A stretch of DNA of 64,000 nt, taken from Eledone cirrhosa. Taxonomy: Eukaryota. The stretch is from the NCBI GenBank assembly GCA_964016885.1, contig OZ024740.1, forward strand, positions 402,814,001-402,878,000. Reading direction: 5' to 3'. Both the position numbers and the translations under genes were made by a program. Below the pieces are notes generated by a model that searched no databases, was not told where the DNA came from, and was given only the letters and a program-made list of their open reading frames with translations. Positions within the stretch are counted from its first letter, which is position 1, and each line of letters begins with the position of its first letter. Shown in pieces: positions 1 through 14,673 of this stretch.

Positions 1-262
1 TACCATCAGGGTTGCAGGTGTTATATCAGAGTTTTCCTTCTCCTAGAATTCTGCCTTGACAAAGGCTAAGGGGTCATCTCTCCCGGTGATTTTGGATGGC
101 CATTGACTCTTAAGAGCTCCTTTGCCCTTTGACAGGTTTTGTTTTTAGTCCTGCAGGATATCCAAAGTCACCCTCCACACCAAGAAACATTGGTGGGGTT
201 GGCAGTTTAGTCGCCAACGACCCGACCATGGGACAGGTTGTACTGGGATACATGTTACCATA

Positions 263-265
<3 letters not shown>
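1..265 (-). mobile_element. Interspersed repeat family R (probable RTE-type LINE 5'UTR-derived element), copy 1
   Basis: Similar by eye to 2480-2892, 23240-23330 and, in reverse complement, 52555-52748. It shares GGTAACATGTA..CAACCTGT..GACTAAAC and TCTAGGAGAAGGAAAACTCTGA. The RTE assignment is from memory of that motif, not from a search. Confidence 0.55.
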
Positions 266-465
<200 letters not shown>

Positions 466-600
466 TATCCCGGGTTCAATCGGGGGTAACCCACAGTACG
501 TAAGGTACTCAATAAATAGCAGAGTATAATTTTTTAATATAGAAATGACATCTACAGGAGTAGAACTGTTTCATGTAGGAGCCTGTAGAAAACATTTCTG
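466..600. repeat. Short repeat family P (putative Penelope pseudo-LTR end) with a terminal fold-back
   Basis: GTTCAATCGGGGGTAACC-ACAGTA-GTAAGGTACTCAATA...AGAAATGAC-TCTACAGGA-TAGAACTGTTTCAT recurs at 61845-61950, and a partial reverse complement lies at 18313-18350. Confidence 0.6.
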
Positions 601-689
601 TCTGTGTGTCTCTCTCTCTATCTCCCCCCCCCCTCTCTCTCTATCTCCCCCCTCTCTCTCTCTCTCTCTTTGTATATATATATATATAT

Positions 690-774
<85 letters not shown>

Positions 775-1540
775 CCCTCACTCTCTTTACATATATATAA
801 ATATATGGAGAGGCATTGAGGGAGAGACGTAGATGTATATATTATAGAGGTATGAGTGCTCATATTAATATATGTAGTACGAATGTGTGGGGATGTGCCT
901 CATTTTATGTGTGTACGCATGTAACTACGTTTGTAGCTATGTCATACTAATCAGGGAATGTAAGAACACTTCATCAAGTTAAGTAGACTGGCTGCTAGCT
1001 ACAGTTATGTGAAATAATACAGCCACATTCAAGTGTGTCGTAAATTCCAACAACTGCCCCTTATAAAGATACGAAAATATCTTAGATATTATCTGTCCTT
1101 TTTAAAGAATACTAACCAGATGTTGGCGCTTCTTCCATACACATACACACTCAGTAACGAAGAAGATAGACACTCTTGCTCGTAGACACTCACATAAAAT
1201 AGTGACATATATTTCACACCCAGCCATATCACAACAGAGACATCGTGAATTGCTCTTCTTACCAAAAATTGGCGTTCTTAGAAATGTGGGCGACTTCGTT
1301 TCATGTTGATGTTGATGTCACTTATATAGTTGTTTATTCCTTTCCTTCACACTATTCATGTACTAATTTATGACTAGCTTGTTTACGCCATGTTGGATAG
1401 TTTATAGTCTTAACAAGATGTCTGTAGGAGAGGTTGGCTACTTTCGTAGTCCACGTGATTAGACATCTGCATTATACTTGCTTAACCAAAGATTGATTAT
1501 ATACGCTTCTTGCTATGTATCAATATATTGAAAACAACAA

Positions 1541-1725
1541 GGTGGATTGGCAGTATCGGTAGAGGTTCGGACGCCATGCTTTGACGCATAGAGTTACGGC
1601 CCTTGCCATTCTGAGTTCAAATCCCGCCGAGGTTAACTTTGCCTTTCATCCTTACGGGGTCGATAAAATAAAGTACCAGTAATGTACTGGGTAATTTTCT
1701 GGCCTTGTGCCAATAGTAGAAACAA
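1541..1725 (+). mobile_element. tRNA-derived SINE (Meta-domain-like body) with about 20-bp TSD
   Basis: A-box-like TGGCAGTATCGG, B-box GAGTTCAAATCCC and body GCCTTTCATCCTTACGGGGTCGATAAAATAAAGTACCAG. It is flanked by CAATATATTGAAAACAACAAG at 1521-1541 and 1723-1743. Confidence 0.9.
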
Positions 1726-2274
1726 TATATTGAAAACAACAAGAAAAACACCTGCTGCTGCTACTAATACTACTACTACTACTAATACTACTAATGTTGA
1801 TACTTCTTCTACTACTATAACTACAACTACTATAAATAAGTATAAATGTTTGTACTCTAGGCACAAGGCCAGCAATTTGAAGGGGACGCGAAAGTTGATT
1901 AAATCGACCCCAGTGTATTACTGGTGCTTTATTTTATCTTTGCCCTACTACTACTAATAATAATAATGTAATTTTAAATCTATTGTTTCATTGTTTTGTA
2001 AAGATAACTCGTTTGAAAAAGGTCACTCCAAACGCGATGGGTGGCTAGTTGTGGGGACAGTAATGATAAAGGTTTAAGAATCCTCTTAAGCATGTCTTCT
2101 CCCATTTACCACTTATCCAATTTAAAGAGAATAAATCATTCCTTAAAGGTGAAACGATATTTACGTAGAACGTTCCTCGTAGTCAAAGAGAAACTCAAAA
2201 CTTGAATTATTTCCATTTAATCAACAAATATATACACATGTGCGCACATACACTCATACATACATGCAAAATAT

Positions 2275-2892
2275 ATGATGGCTGCCCCCTCGTTATCGAG
2301 TATGGCCATTGTACGTTATACCATCATTAATAATTATTAATTAATTCTATCGAGCAATGCGTGTGTGTGAAGATAATTTTTAAAGTGAGGAAAGACTGTG
2401 CACTGAGCCAATCCCACTCTCTGAGCGACAGTAGATATAACCAGAAAAAAAGAAAAGATCAATATCATCGGTAACTACTGAGTCGCAGGTTTTATATAGG
2501 AGTTATCCCAGTTTCCTGAGTTGCCTTCTCCTAGAAGAAGCCTTGTCAAAGGCCAGGGGTCCTTCACTCCCTGTGGTTTAACCGAGCGATCGGGTGTCCA
2601 GCCCGACTTTTTCTATATCCCCGCGATTATACATACACATGCACCCATCTATATACACATATACATACATATGTACATGTCTATATACATATTTACACAC
2701 TTTTGGATGGCTGTTGACTCCTATGAGTTCTTCCACCCGTTGTCAGGTTTTGTTTTTTATCCTGCAGCGTGTCCCAAATCACCCTCCTCACCAAGAAAAC
2801 TTGGTGGGGTTGCCGGTTTAGTCGCCGACGACCAGACAATGCAACAGGTTGTTTGGGTTACATGTTACCAGTAGCACTCAAGAGTGACCCGA
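2275..2892 (-). mobile_element. Repeat family R, copy 2 (longest)
   Basis: Aligns by eye with 1-265 and with 23150-23460, including CCAATCCCACTCTC, AGATCAATATCAT and the CCCCGCG-(CATA)n block. Confidence 0.6.
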
Positions 2893-3249
2893 CATAATAT
2901 ATACATACATACATTCATGCATACATACGTACATATATACATATATACATAAATGCATACCTACATATATATATATACATACGTACGTACATACATACAC
3001 ACAAACAAGCAGAAATACTCATATATACACATCCCCATTTATTATACACAACAATTTTATATTCCACCTGTTGACTACAGAATGTAATAAATAGTAAAGG
3101 ATGCCCTTTCAATACGAAAATCTGTGATAAACAATACAGTAGTAACTGCGAATTCTTAGATTCAACGATTGCTATCTAATTCTCATAGTTTTTTTTTCCA
3201 GTATGTTTGAGAAAAAGAATAAAAATCTCAAATGGCAATGACTTAGTGC

Positions 3250-4050
3250 AACTAACTTTAAATAGGTACGACAGTTCTGACAGCTCCTCTCTCTAAGCTA
3301 CTAAAGGAAAGATTAGCTCATATCTATGCAATATTGGGGTCGATTTTAACGTAGCTTTCGATGAAACATTAAGCCATGACAATGTACCCTAAACTAAATC
3401 ACTAAATGAAAATGTTTCCAGAAATTATTGTTACTTGATGTCAAATGACATTAAATCTACTATAAAATATATGTATTACATATGCGAAAACTTACAATCT
3501 GTATTGTATTAATATTTGTTCAAGTCACTACTTAATATCTTATAAGCCTGTTGTGTATATACCCCAAATATATATGGAAAACCTAACATTTAACAAACGA
3601 ATTAAACGTTAAATGAGGATATGGTAAGTTGTTTTCAATTATATAGTTTTTAATGATTATGTCTTCAATTTGAAAATATTTACTGTCCAAGGTGGGACAA
3701 TAAATGATTTAAGATGAAATCTTTTTCCATAAATATATTTAGTAAACTTTAATCGTGAAAGTAGTAATTTGCAGAATGTTATTCTATGCAAACTGTTTGG
3801 CTGAGATAATGAGATATTTAAGACGTTATTTCTATCATACCAAACTAATTTTAATCATCAAAAGACCTTCAGAAAACTAACGCTTGTTATTCCAAGAATG
3901 TGTTAATAATTATAATATCAACAAATCTCTACAGATTAATCTTTAATTTTCAACCTAAGATATGTTTTGATATTCCAATTTCCAAATGTGTTATATTGTA
4001 CAATTTGTAAGAAAAAATGCTCTAGAATATGTACAACATTTTAAATTTTA
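3250..4050 (+). pseudogene. Highly decayed LINE reverse-transcriptase remnant
   Basis: GVDFNVAFDETLSHD at about 3337-3380 resembles the RT motif DFxKAFDxVxH. Weak QGG-like (about 3685) and LFYA-like (about 3780) segments follow in the expected order. There are many stops. Confidence 0.4.
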
Positions 4051-6673
4051 CTCCGCTGAACAAGTTTATTATAAGACTTAAATATCATTAGAGCTTTTAA
4101 ATATCATTTTAATATTCCTAAAATGGTGGAGGGTTGGCAGAATCCTTACAGTGTCGGTATTCATTCGTTCTTTACGTTCTGTGATCAAATCCTGCCGAAG
4201 TCAAATTTGCTTTCCGTGTTTCCGATGTCGACAAAATAAACTACCATTCAATTACTAGGATTGATTTAATCGACTAACCTTTCTTTTATTGCTAACTCAG
4301 AGCCTAAATTAAATACTATTATTGCTAAAATATTGTTATTGCCTCGCTTCTAACTCACTTATCAAGTTTTTCTCAAGTTGCTCTCATCAACATTCAAAAG
4401 ATATATCCGTACGTTGAAGAAAGGTCTAGTCAATTTATGAATATAGTTTTCACTGTCATTTGGAAAAAGCGATATTCTCTGGGAGTTAGTTAATAGAAAT
4501 TTGTTATCTCACCGGATTAAGCGAGACGTGCTCATGACTACGGGATCATGTTTGTTTATCTTCATAATTGTCATTGCTCTTATAGATGTTCTTTATTGTT
4601 AATTATGTTAGAGTTTTTTGTTTTAGATTGTTGTTGTTTATTTTATTTATTTTTTTTTTTTTTTTGTTTCTTGCTAGCAGAAATAATCTTTAATCAGTTC
4701 CGTGTCACATGCTCGAACAGAAATATTTTCTTTTATCATGCAAAGCTTATGGCTTTACTCCTTCTCTCTCTTCTTATAGGCTTTTCATCCCACTTTTTTT
4801 TCAATCCGAATCATATCTTCACCATCTCCTCCCAACATATTCTACATGTCAAGACATAACCCTCGCTGTTCCCTTTTAGGACAACCTTAATTAGAATTTA
4901 AGCCCTTGCTGAAAGTTGTTCATTCTTCGGATGCTTCTTATTATCTTAATGTGTTAGTAACACTTAAGGGCGGCTGGGGATATGACAAATAAAAGAAGGT
5001 CAACTGAAAGAAACATTAAAAAAGAACAGAGATAAAAGGAAGGGAGATAGTGGGAAAAAAGGAGTATATTATTTATAAAACAACGAAAGGTCGAAAGAGA
5101 AGTTTATTTGTTTTTTAATGAAGCAACATGAGAAAAACGAAAAGGAGAGAAAAAGGAAGTAGCTAAAGAACGAATTAATAGAAGAAAAAAAAGAAAAGAA
5201 AATGTACTGAAACAAAACCGATACGGTGAGAATATACGAGTGATTATACAGAGAAATGATTTATTTAAAATAAAATGAAAACTAATGGAATTGATTGCAA
5301 GAAGTAATTTCTGAAATTCATTTGAAACTATGAAATTATATAATCTAGGAATGGAGGGAGTTTGATATGATATTTTGTTTAGACCCAGATCATACTTAGT
5401 TGAACGCACTTATAACCAAAGGCTTTCCAGCTTTGATTATCCTGTCTAAATAAGAGAATAAAACACAGGATTCGAAATAGATATTTAGACAAATATTCGT
5501 TAAATATGCGTCATTTTCTGGGCTTTGTGGTTATTGCTCTATAATTTTACTAGTGTCAGCCATAAGGCTGTGGCGATGCTGCAACATTGTATAATAGATT
5601 AGAGATCTAGTACTATTTACTTTATTTCCCTTTCATATTGGACTTCACATTGGTCCATATTCGAGGTTGCTGGCAACAAGCTTAAACGACCCCATTTCTA
5701 GAGAAATGTATACCATGAGTAGTCCCCTATGGTGCTGATAATGATTGCGATGGACGTGATGATTTCATACTGGTGGTAAAGATTGTATTGGTATTGGTTT
5801 TATTGATGATGGTAATGATGATGATGTTACAAAAGCTGCCGATGGGCGTGGTGAGGTTGTCGTAGCACTCTGACGGTACGATTGAGCTTACTAGTGGTTG
5901 ATGATATTTATGATGATGATGATGATGATGATGATGAAGAGTGGTGAAGGTTCATGAGATTTTCATGATGATGACGAAAGTGCTGGCAGTGGGTGTGTCG
6001 TGTGAGTTGACGGTGATAAGAGGAAGTTAATGCGGAAGTTACTGAAACGTGTGATGAGTGAGTGAAGTAGTTGCGAGTGTGGGGTCTAGAAGACAGAGGG
6101 AATGATAGATGACTAGAAATTGTTGAAAGAGTGTATTAGGAGAGAGGTAAAGATAAAGGAAGGTCACGTATAAAAAAAGAGACACAACATTAAAATAAGA
6201 TAAAAAACAGATAAAGAAAATGATAGAGAAGGAAGGAGTAGGAGATTGAGTGAAGGAGAAGGAGGAGATTGAGTGAAGGAGAAGGAGGAGATTGAAAGAC
6301 GTAGACGGAGAGTTGAATAAACAAAATGAAATACGGAAGGAGAGCGAAATAATATGAGGGAATGTTTGTGTATGTGGATAGGGAGAAAAGTTAAGGAGAA
6401 AATCATGGCACCATGTTATCGATCACACGAGAACTTTATGGCTGAACCTTTTATATTTGTGTTTTGTTTACTTCGTTTTGTTTTGTTTTTTCCGCCATAA
6501 TAAGTTATGAACTGTTGAATCTGCGTTGAAATTACAGATTGAAGGTCTTAGATTAGCATCGGCTTATGAGGGTGAAATGTAAAGAAAACATTTAAGTACA
6601 CCTCTTACATTTTGAAAGCACCAGACACACGAAGGAGAGAGTCTTTAAATAACTGACTGACTATATATATACA

Positions 6674-6714
<41 letters not shown>

Positions 6715-7168
6715 AATTTTAGTACAGCATTAACGAAGCCTTAGTTTGCGGCCAAGCCAACGAATGCAAATTCGGTCTGTAGCTTTAGCACTCGAATGGG
6801 AAAAGTACCCCAGAGTAATAACAATACGTTTAGACAACTTAGCAAATCAAATATAGCGATCGGCAGTCCAGCCGCATTACCACAGCAACGAAAATACAGG
6901 ACTCAGGAAAAGATTTAAGACTGACCTGGACAAAACGCTGTGACTGAATGGAATATATAATGCACATCGTATAGCACACGATATACATGACATACAGCAC
7001 ACATCTTCAGCGTTATATATATATATATATTAGAAAGTGAGGGTTTTTTTACAAAATGAAAAATAACCGAGGTGTCCTACACGAGTGAAAGTATAAAGAA
7101 AAAGAGATGAAATCGAAAGTGCAACTGGAGTCTTATTTTTAAAAAAATATATATATATTTATTTGGTT

Positions 7169-7206
7169 CCTTTACCGGTTTCGCAGTTCTTCTGCTTTTC
7201 AAAAGG
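7169..7206 (-). ncRNA. Minimal type I hammerhead ribozyme, U3-A8 core variant
   Basis: Minus strand reads CCUU-UUGAAAA-GCAG(AAGAA)CUGC-GAAA-CCGGUA-AAGG. It has 4-bp stem I, 4-bp stem II, palindromic stem III (ACCGGU) and a GUA cleavage triplet. Confidence 0.65.
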
Positions 7207-7237
7207 TGAGTTGAGATGGAGGGTCTGTGGTTTTTCT

Positions 7238-7302
<65 letters not shown>

Positions 7303-7616
7303 GATAGGGTGTACGCAAAAACCCACCAGAACACTCGATACTTGGGGTAGTAGAGTGGATAATATGAAAAGATTGAGGACACCAGTATTCGAACGGCGGG
7401 AATCTAGCTGCACTTGAAAAGTTTAACGCTTGATATAGTGAGAAAAGTGAGTTAACGTTTCGGAGGCTAGTCCTACACCGGGAGATAAATATAAAAGAAG
7501 AAATAGAAAGATATAGATGATTAAGAAGAGGAAGAAAAGAACATATAGGGACCGAAAACGACGTGTCTTTAGTATTTAGTCAGCTATAGGTGCATGCGTA
7601 CACACACATATGTATG

Positions 7617-7706
<90 letters not shown>

Positions 7707-7730
7707 ATATATATGTATATATATATATAT

Positions 7731-8843
7731 ATATTGGTAAACGGAATAGAAAATGCTGACAAATTGTTCACAGTTGAAAAATGGTTTAATTAGGAATAAA
7801 AGAGTATTAGTGATTGTATGGGTTAGTATTCAGTTGTGGTTTTAAGTTTTTAAGTTTTTACCGGTTGCGCATTTCTAAATACTTTTCAAAAATAATTTTG
7901 AGATAGAGTGTCCGTGCTGTTTGCTCTGATCTGATTAGTTTTGGGAAAAAAGTGGCTCCAGCGTTATTTTTGTGTTGCAAAAATTCTTGTGGTCAAAACA
8001 ATTTTGATTGGTCGGTAGAGGTCATGTGAATAAAAAATTGCTTTTGCAGACACCCAAAAGTAAATCAACCAAAACTAAAAGCTCTTCCATACATCTCCAC
8101 ACACAACCCCCTCAACAATGAGGCCTTTGACACCATCCTCCAGAACATCCTTGTATTGAAAAAGGACCATAGAATGAACCAAATTCTACGAACACACGAT
8201 ATCATAAAGAGCAAAAGACAATCCAAGTCAATGAAAAACATCTTAACACATGCCAAAGTACTGCCAACCACAACAACAAAACCCACAGTAAAAAAATGCG
8301 ATAGACCCAACTGTGGCATTTGCATCAACCTAATAGAGGGTTCGGAATTCTATTTCAAAGATGGACAACGTTTTATAGTAAAACACAATTTCACATGTGC
8401 ATCGGAAAATCTAATATATGTATTAACTTGTTCAGGTTGTCGAGAACAATACATAGGCCAGACCAAAAACAGCCTCCGCCAACGCATGACTGTCCATAGA
8501 TCCCAAATTAAAATACGGGAATACAGGAAAATACCACTGAGTGAACACATTGATACCTGTGCCGCCCAAAATCATCCCAACTTCAGAATCTTTCCCCTCT
8601 ACAAATTTAAAGATAATGCCACCCACACCCAGCGCATCAGCAAGGAATCTTACTTCATTAACAAATACGGACCCCGTCTAAACATTTCTCCCTAAGACGA
8701 ACCCACAACATACACACGTCAACATACATACCTACATCAGCACACATCTCTACCCACATATAAACACAATGACACACGTAAACACACATGCTCTATGGTG
8801 CAATACAAAGAAATATATGTGCATATATATGTATGTATATATG

Positions 8844-8883
<40 letters not shown>

Positions 8884-9032
8884 TAGTGAATATATGTATG
8901 TGTATATATATATAGTGAATATCATTTCACACCTTTTATTGTTAAGATTTTTGATGTTCTATTAAGAGAACCGATTTTACTGAAAAAATCGAATAATGTA
9001 CACCATTTTACCAGGGGGAAAAAAATACTGCT

Positions 9033-9071
<39 letters not shown>

Positions 9072-9350
9072 CACAAACACATACACACGCGTACATCAAC
9101 ATACAAAGAGACTTATATACACACACACACACACACGCGCACTTCTCCGTATAAGACAAAAGCTGAAAAATATCGTTTGACATGCTAAAATACCTCCCAT
9201 TGCTTTCAGACACATTCTTACTGACCATCCCTACCACCACGAATCACTCTGCTATACACACACACACACACACACACACTTATCTTAATAGCCATTTGAC
9301 ACACATCGCTGCTGGCCATTGTCGCAGCATCGAACACCTTACTACTAATA

Positions 9351-9440
<90 letters not shown>

Positions 9441-9897
9441 TTGTTGTGAAAGAGTCATTTCTCAATCTTGGCGCAAAACCAATTTTTTATTCACATGACC
9501 TCTACCGACCATTCAAAATTGTTTTGACCAAGAATTTTTGCTGGAGCCACTTTTTTAACATAAAAAACAGTCTTGGCGCAAAATCAACTTTTTACATTCA
9601 CATGACCTCTACCGACCAATCAAAATTGTTTTGACCACAAGAATTTTTGCAACACAAAAATAACGCTGGAGCCACTTTTTTCCCAAAACTAATCAGATCA
9701 GAGCAAACAGCACGGACACTCTATCTCAAAATTATTTTTGAAAAGCATTTAGAAATGCGCAACCGGTAAACACTTAAAAACTTAAAACCACAACTGAATA
9801 CTAACCCATACAATCACTAATACTCTTTTATTCCTAATTAAACCATCTTTCAACTGTGAACAATTTGTCAGCATTTTCTATTCCTTTTACCAATATA
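7731..9897 (+). mobile_element. 5'-truncated Penelope-like element with an inverted upstream pseudo-LTR
   Basis: 7731-8040 is a near-exact reverse complement of about 9590-9897, and the two arms bracket a GIY-YIG ORF. This is the typical PLE layout. Confidence 0.8.
8156..8695 (+). CDS. Penelope-like element C-terminus: Cys-rich linker + GIY-YIG endonuclease (Neptune-like), 5'-truncated
   Basis: CDRPNCGIC zinc motif, NLIYVLTCSGCREQYIGQT, RQRMTVHR and terminal ESYFINKY..RLN. Confidence 0.85.
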   Translation: MKKDHRMNQILRTHDIIKSKRQSKSMKNILTHAKVLPTTTTKPTVKKCDRPNCGICINLIEGSEFYFKDGQRFIVKHNFTCASENLIYVLTCSGCREQYIGQTKNSLRQRMTVHRSQIKIREYRKIPLSEHIDTCAAQNHPNFRIFPLYKFKDNATHTQRISKESYFINKYGPRLNISP

Positions 9898-9928
9898 TAA
9901 TAACTTGTGTGTTACACCTCTATTCTTT

Positions 9929-10022
<94 letters not shown>

Positions 10023-10048
10023 CACACACATATATATATATACATATA

Positions 10049-10091
<43 letters not shown>

Positions 10092-10606
10092 CCAACGAGA
10101 TTTGGTTTAGACTGTGTTGAAACGAGATAATTATAACCTGGTAGAAACAGTTTGGCCATTCTGCAATAATACATTCAAATACTATTAAATACCGACGTAA
10201 AATTATGTCAGAGACAGAGTTTCAAAAATTGTGATGAGAATTTTGATAATATGAATAAATGTTAAAGTAAAGTGAATTTAATAGTTTCTTTTTTTCTTTT
10301 CTGTATTTTGTAATGGCTGACATGAAGCTTCCACGAAGAGATTTATCTTTCGAAGGCACTACTCAAAGAAAAGTCTCAAATTTTCAATATACAGACGGCA
10401 TATGATTTTATTAAGCAATGAATACATGCATTAGAGTAGAAATAATCTTTCAAGGAAATAAAAATTGAAAAGGAAACAAAAAGAGAACTGTACTCAAGCA
10501 TTTCTTCAAATGAATCTTACATTTTGAAAACACTAGACACACTGAAGAGCGAGTTTTTAAATAATTGTTACATATAATATATATATAATATATATATTTA
10601 TATATA

Positions 10607-10688
<82 letters not shown>

Positions 10689-10757
10689 GGAGTACAAAAA
10701 ATATATTTGAGGAGGGTCATTCTGCACGCTCTGGTTGTAGGTCAGATCACTTTATAC

Positions 10758-10852
<95 letters not shown>

Positions 10853-11214
10853 GAAAGAAAGTGAAAGAGATAGAGAGAGGCGAAACCCACACAGAAAGAC
10901 AGATAAATAGATAGATAGATGTGATATGATATGAGAAAAATTACGAAAGAGACACTGAAAGCACAAAGCGGATATCCTGTAACAAATAAAAATCTAAATA
11001 CACAAATAATATATATAAGAATGTAATTGTAAACAGACTTCATCCTCTTCTTCAATGTTGGTTTATGTTGTTGGTTTGCTTAGTTTTGAGGATTCACGCT
11101 GTGTGGGACACGTGTTAGAGTTTTGGATTGAACATGAAATACATAACTAAAATAACACATATTCAATGCTTTATACATTAACTTGTGGTCTTTTACATCA
11201 TTCCAACTTCATGA

Positions 11215-12090
<876 letters not shown>

Positions 12091-12197
12091 AGGGTGGGGG
12101 TGGGGGCAGCGTGATAGATAGACCACTCTCGTAACGTTGTTCTTATTCTATTATTACCCATCTTTTTGTTGAACATTTGATATTATGTCTTTAGAGT

Positions 12198-12286
12198 TTG
12201 CCTTTCATCCTTACGGGGTCGATACAATAAAGTACCAGTAATGCACTGGGTAATTGCTGGCCTTGTGCCTAAAGTAGAAACAATTA
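12198..12286 (+). mobile_element. SINE 3' fragment
   Basis: Matches the SINE body and tail from TTTGCCTTTCATCC to AGTAGAAACAATT. Confidence 0.85.
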
Positions 12287-12335
12287 TGTTTTTAGTCAAA
12301 CTAACCATTATCCTTGTGGGATGCTTTTTGCCTAC

Positions 12336-12626
12336 CTGTGGACCGTAGAGGATAAACCTGTGTTTGCTGTCCATAGAAGCCTCCCTTTTCAAAATAAGAT
12401 GGCGGACGACAAACATTCCTCTGCCGTATTCAAAAGCGGTCTTTCCGCCAGACAGAGCAGTTGACTGTCCACCCTCTTCTCCACTGTTACCAGCACCACT
12501 ACAGAAACCGCCAACAGCAGCAAGAAGAACACCCACAGTACTAACAGTACCACCCACAACAACAACAACACCAACTACAGCAATAACAACAACAGCAGTA
12601 AAAGTACTAACAACAAAAACAGCGTT
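12336..12626 (-). CDS. Candidate host exon (97 codons, phase 0-0), product unknown
   Basis: Acceptor TTCCGTTGTTCCTTCTTGTGGACAG| and donor CAG|GTAGGC enclose a 291-nt open frame ending TAFEYGRGMFVVRHLILKREASMDSKHRFILYGPQ. The opposite strand is also open, so the call is uncertain. Confidence 0.3.
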
Positions 12627-13399
12627 CTGTCCACAAGAAGGAACAACGGAAAGTTTAAAGAATGACGGCGTAATCAACAACAACAGCAACAACTATATAT
12701 CTGCACTAGAAAATTATGAGGCGAACTTCCTACTTATAATAACGTTAACACCACATTCTCAACAACTGAATAAAACACAACTAAAATCAACAAAACTAAG
12801 ACAACATTCTGTCTGTCGGAGCTGTGTGGCGGTCAGCACGTGGGACCCTATTTTCTCATAATACAGAGATATGGGGATGGCGAGAGAGATGGAGGCGATG
12901 ACAGTGGGAGTTCGGTTCTTCCGTGTTCGGACACATTGGTAAACACTTGGAATTTGGTTTGGATACCACTTAAGATGTCTTTTGGCAATCAACTATAAGA
13001 TCATATTTCTATATATGCCCGAAATCTAACAGAAGCTACTTCATATCTGCTCCTAGCACTTAAAATATTATAACAAATATAAGTAACATTTCTTAGGAAT
13101 CTCACTAAAACAAAATATAAGACTCAAATTACGACTACCGCCATCAACACCATCACCACCAATACTACTACTGCAACAACAAATAATAATACAGAAGCAA
13201 AAAACAAAAATAAGCAAAACACAGAAAACAACGACAACATAAATGGCAACAATAAAAATAAGAATAGCAACATCAGCAATAACACAACACTAAGAACAAC
13301 AACAATAAATTTGCAGCAAAGGCTGCCAAAGCAACTGACATGTTCGTCATGTACATTATAGAAAAGGAGACATAAATGAACAAAGCCGCAAAAATAAGG

Positions 13400-13590
13400 A
13401 TTTCTACTTTTGACACAAGGCAAGCAATTTTTTGTGGGGTGGGGAAAGTCGATTAAATCGACCCCAGTGCATTACTAGTACTTTATTTTATCGACCCCGT
13501 AAGATTGTAAGACAAATCTAACCTCGGCGGGATTTGAACTCACGAGGTAAATGGCCATAACTCTATGCTACAAAGTGTGTCCGGTGCTAG
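13400..13590 (-). mobile_element. SINE, long-tail variant
   Basis: Reverse complement of the SINE body, with the GTCGATTAAATCGAC hairpin in the tail. Confidence 0.8.
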
Positions 13591-13999
13591 CAATGACGTA
13601 GGCGCTTGTTCTCGAGATCCTAGTAGAGAAGGCGCAAAAATACACAGCCCTGACCTTCACCTCATGCTATACATTATAGAGAGAGTGGAGAGTAAACCTG
13701 GTTTCAGTGGGGCTCTAGAATATTGTTGTGTGTAGTATAGATCCTGCTATGAGCCAACTCCATCGTCAACATCACGCCGCTGCCTTCTTTTGGTCGGAGA
13801 GGGTAGGCAGTTTTCCTCTATCTGGTGGCTTTAGTGAAAGATATTGTGGTGGATATAACTGAAAAAAGTGAAGACAGATACTTTCCTCTTCTGCCTGGCC
13901 TTCATTAAGGTTCCTAAATCCCTCATGCAAGGCAGTCCCCCTATAAGGGAACTCAGTTTATTGTTTTTTTATTGCCCTTTCGGTTTTGGCCCTAGTGGT

Positions 14000-14210
14000 T
14001 TCTTATATAGGCACAAGGCCAGCAATTTGAGGGGAGGGGAAAAGTCAATTAAATCGACACCAATGCGTGATTAGTACTTTTTTATCGACCCCGTACGGAT
14101 GAAAGGCAAAGTTAACATCGGTGGGATTTGAACTCAGATCATAAAGGGCTGTAACTCTGTGCTACAAAGCTTGGCGTCCGACCCTCTACCGATACTGCCA
14201 ATCCATTGCC
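14000..14210 (-). mobile_element. SINE, long-tail variant
   Basis: Full reverse-complement copy including the A and B boxes. Confidence 0.85.
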
Positions 14211-14573
14211 CTACTGCTAATCCACCGCTGTTGTGGCCATTGTGGTCCTTGTGGTTCTAGTGGCCAATAATAATAATTAGTATATTTTAATAACCATCTT
14301 CATTAGCATAACTATCATCAATCACATCAATCACCATATATAATACAAGTCTCTTCATCGTGGCACAACATATTTCTTTATACGTATATGTAATGCTTAA
14401 CATCGTTAAAAATAACAATCGTCTTATATGTGTGTGTGTGTCAGTATTGCGCGCGCGTGCGTGTGTATGTGTGTGTGTTCATGTGTTTTTATGCAGGCGT
14501 GCGTATGTATGTATGGAAAATATACTCATATATGACTGTCTGTGTGTGTGTACGTGTGCGTACGTGCATATAC

Positions 14574-14673
<100 letters not shown>

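Noticed and set aside
1541-1640. tRNA gene suggested by the A and B boxes
   Set aside because: There is no cloverleaf or acceptor stem. The boxes are the head of a SINE repeated about 20 times.
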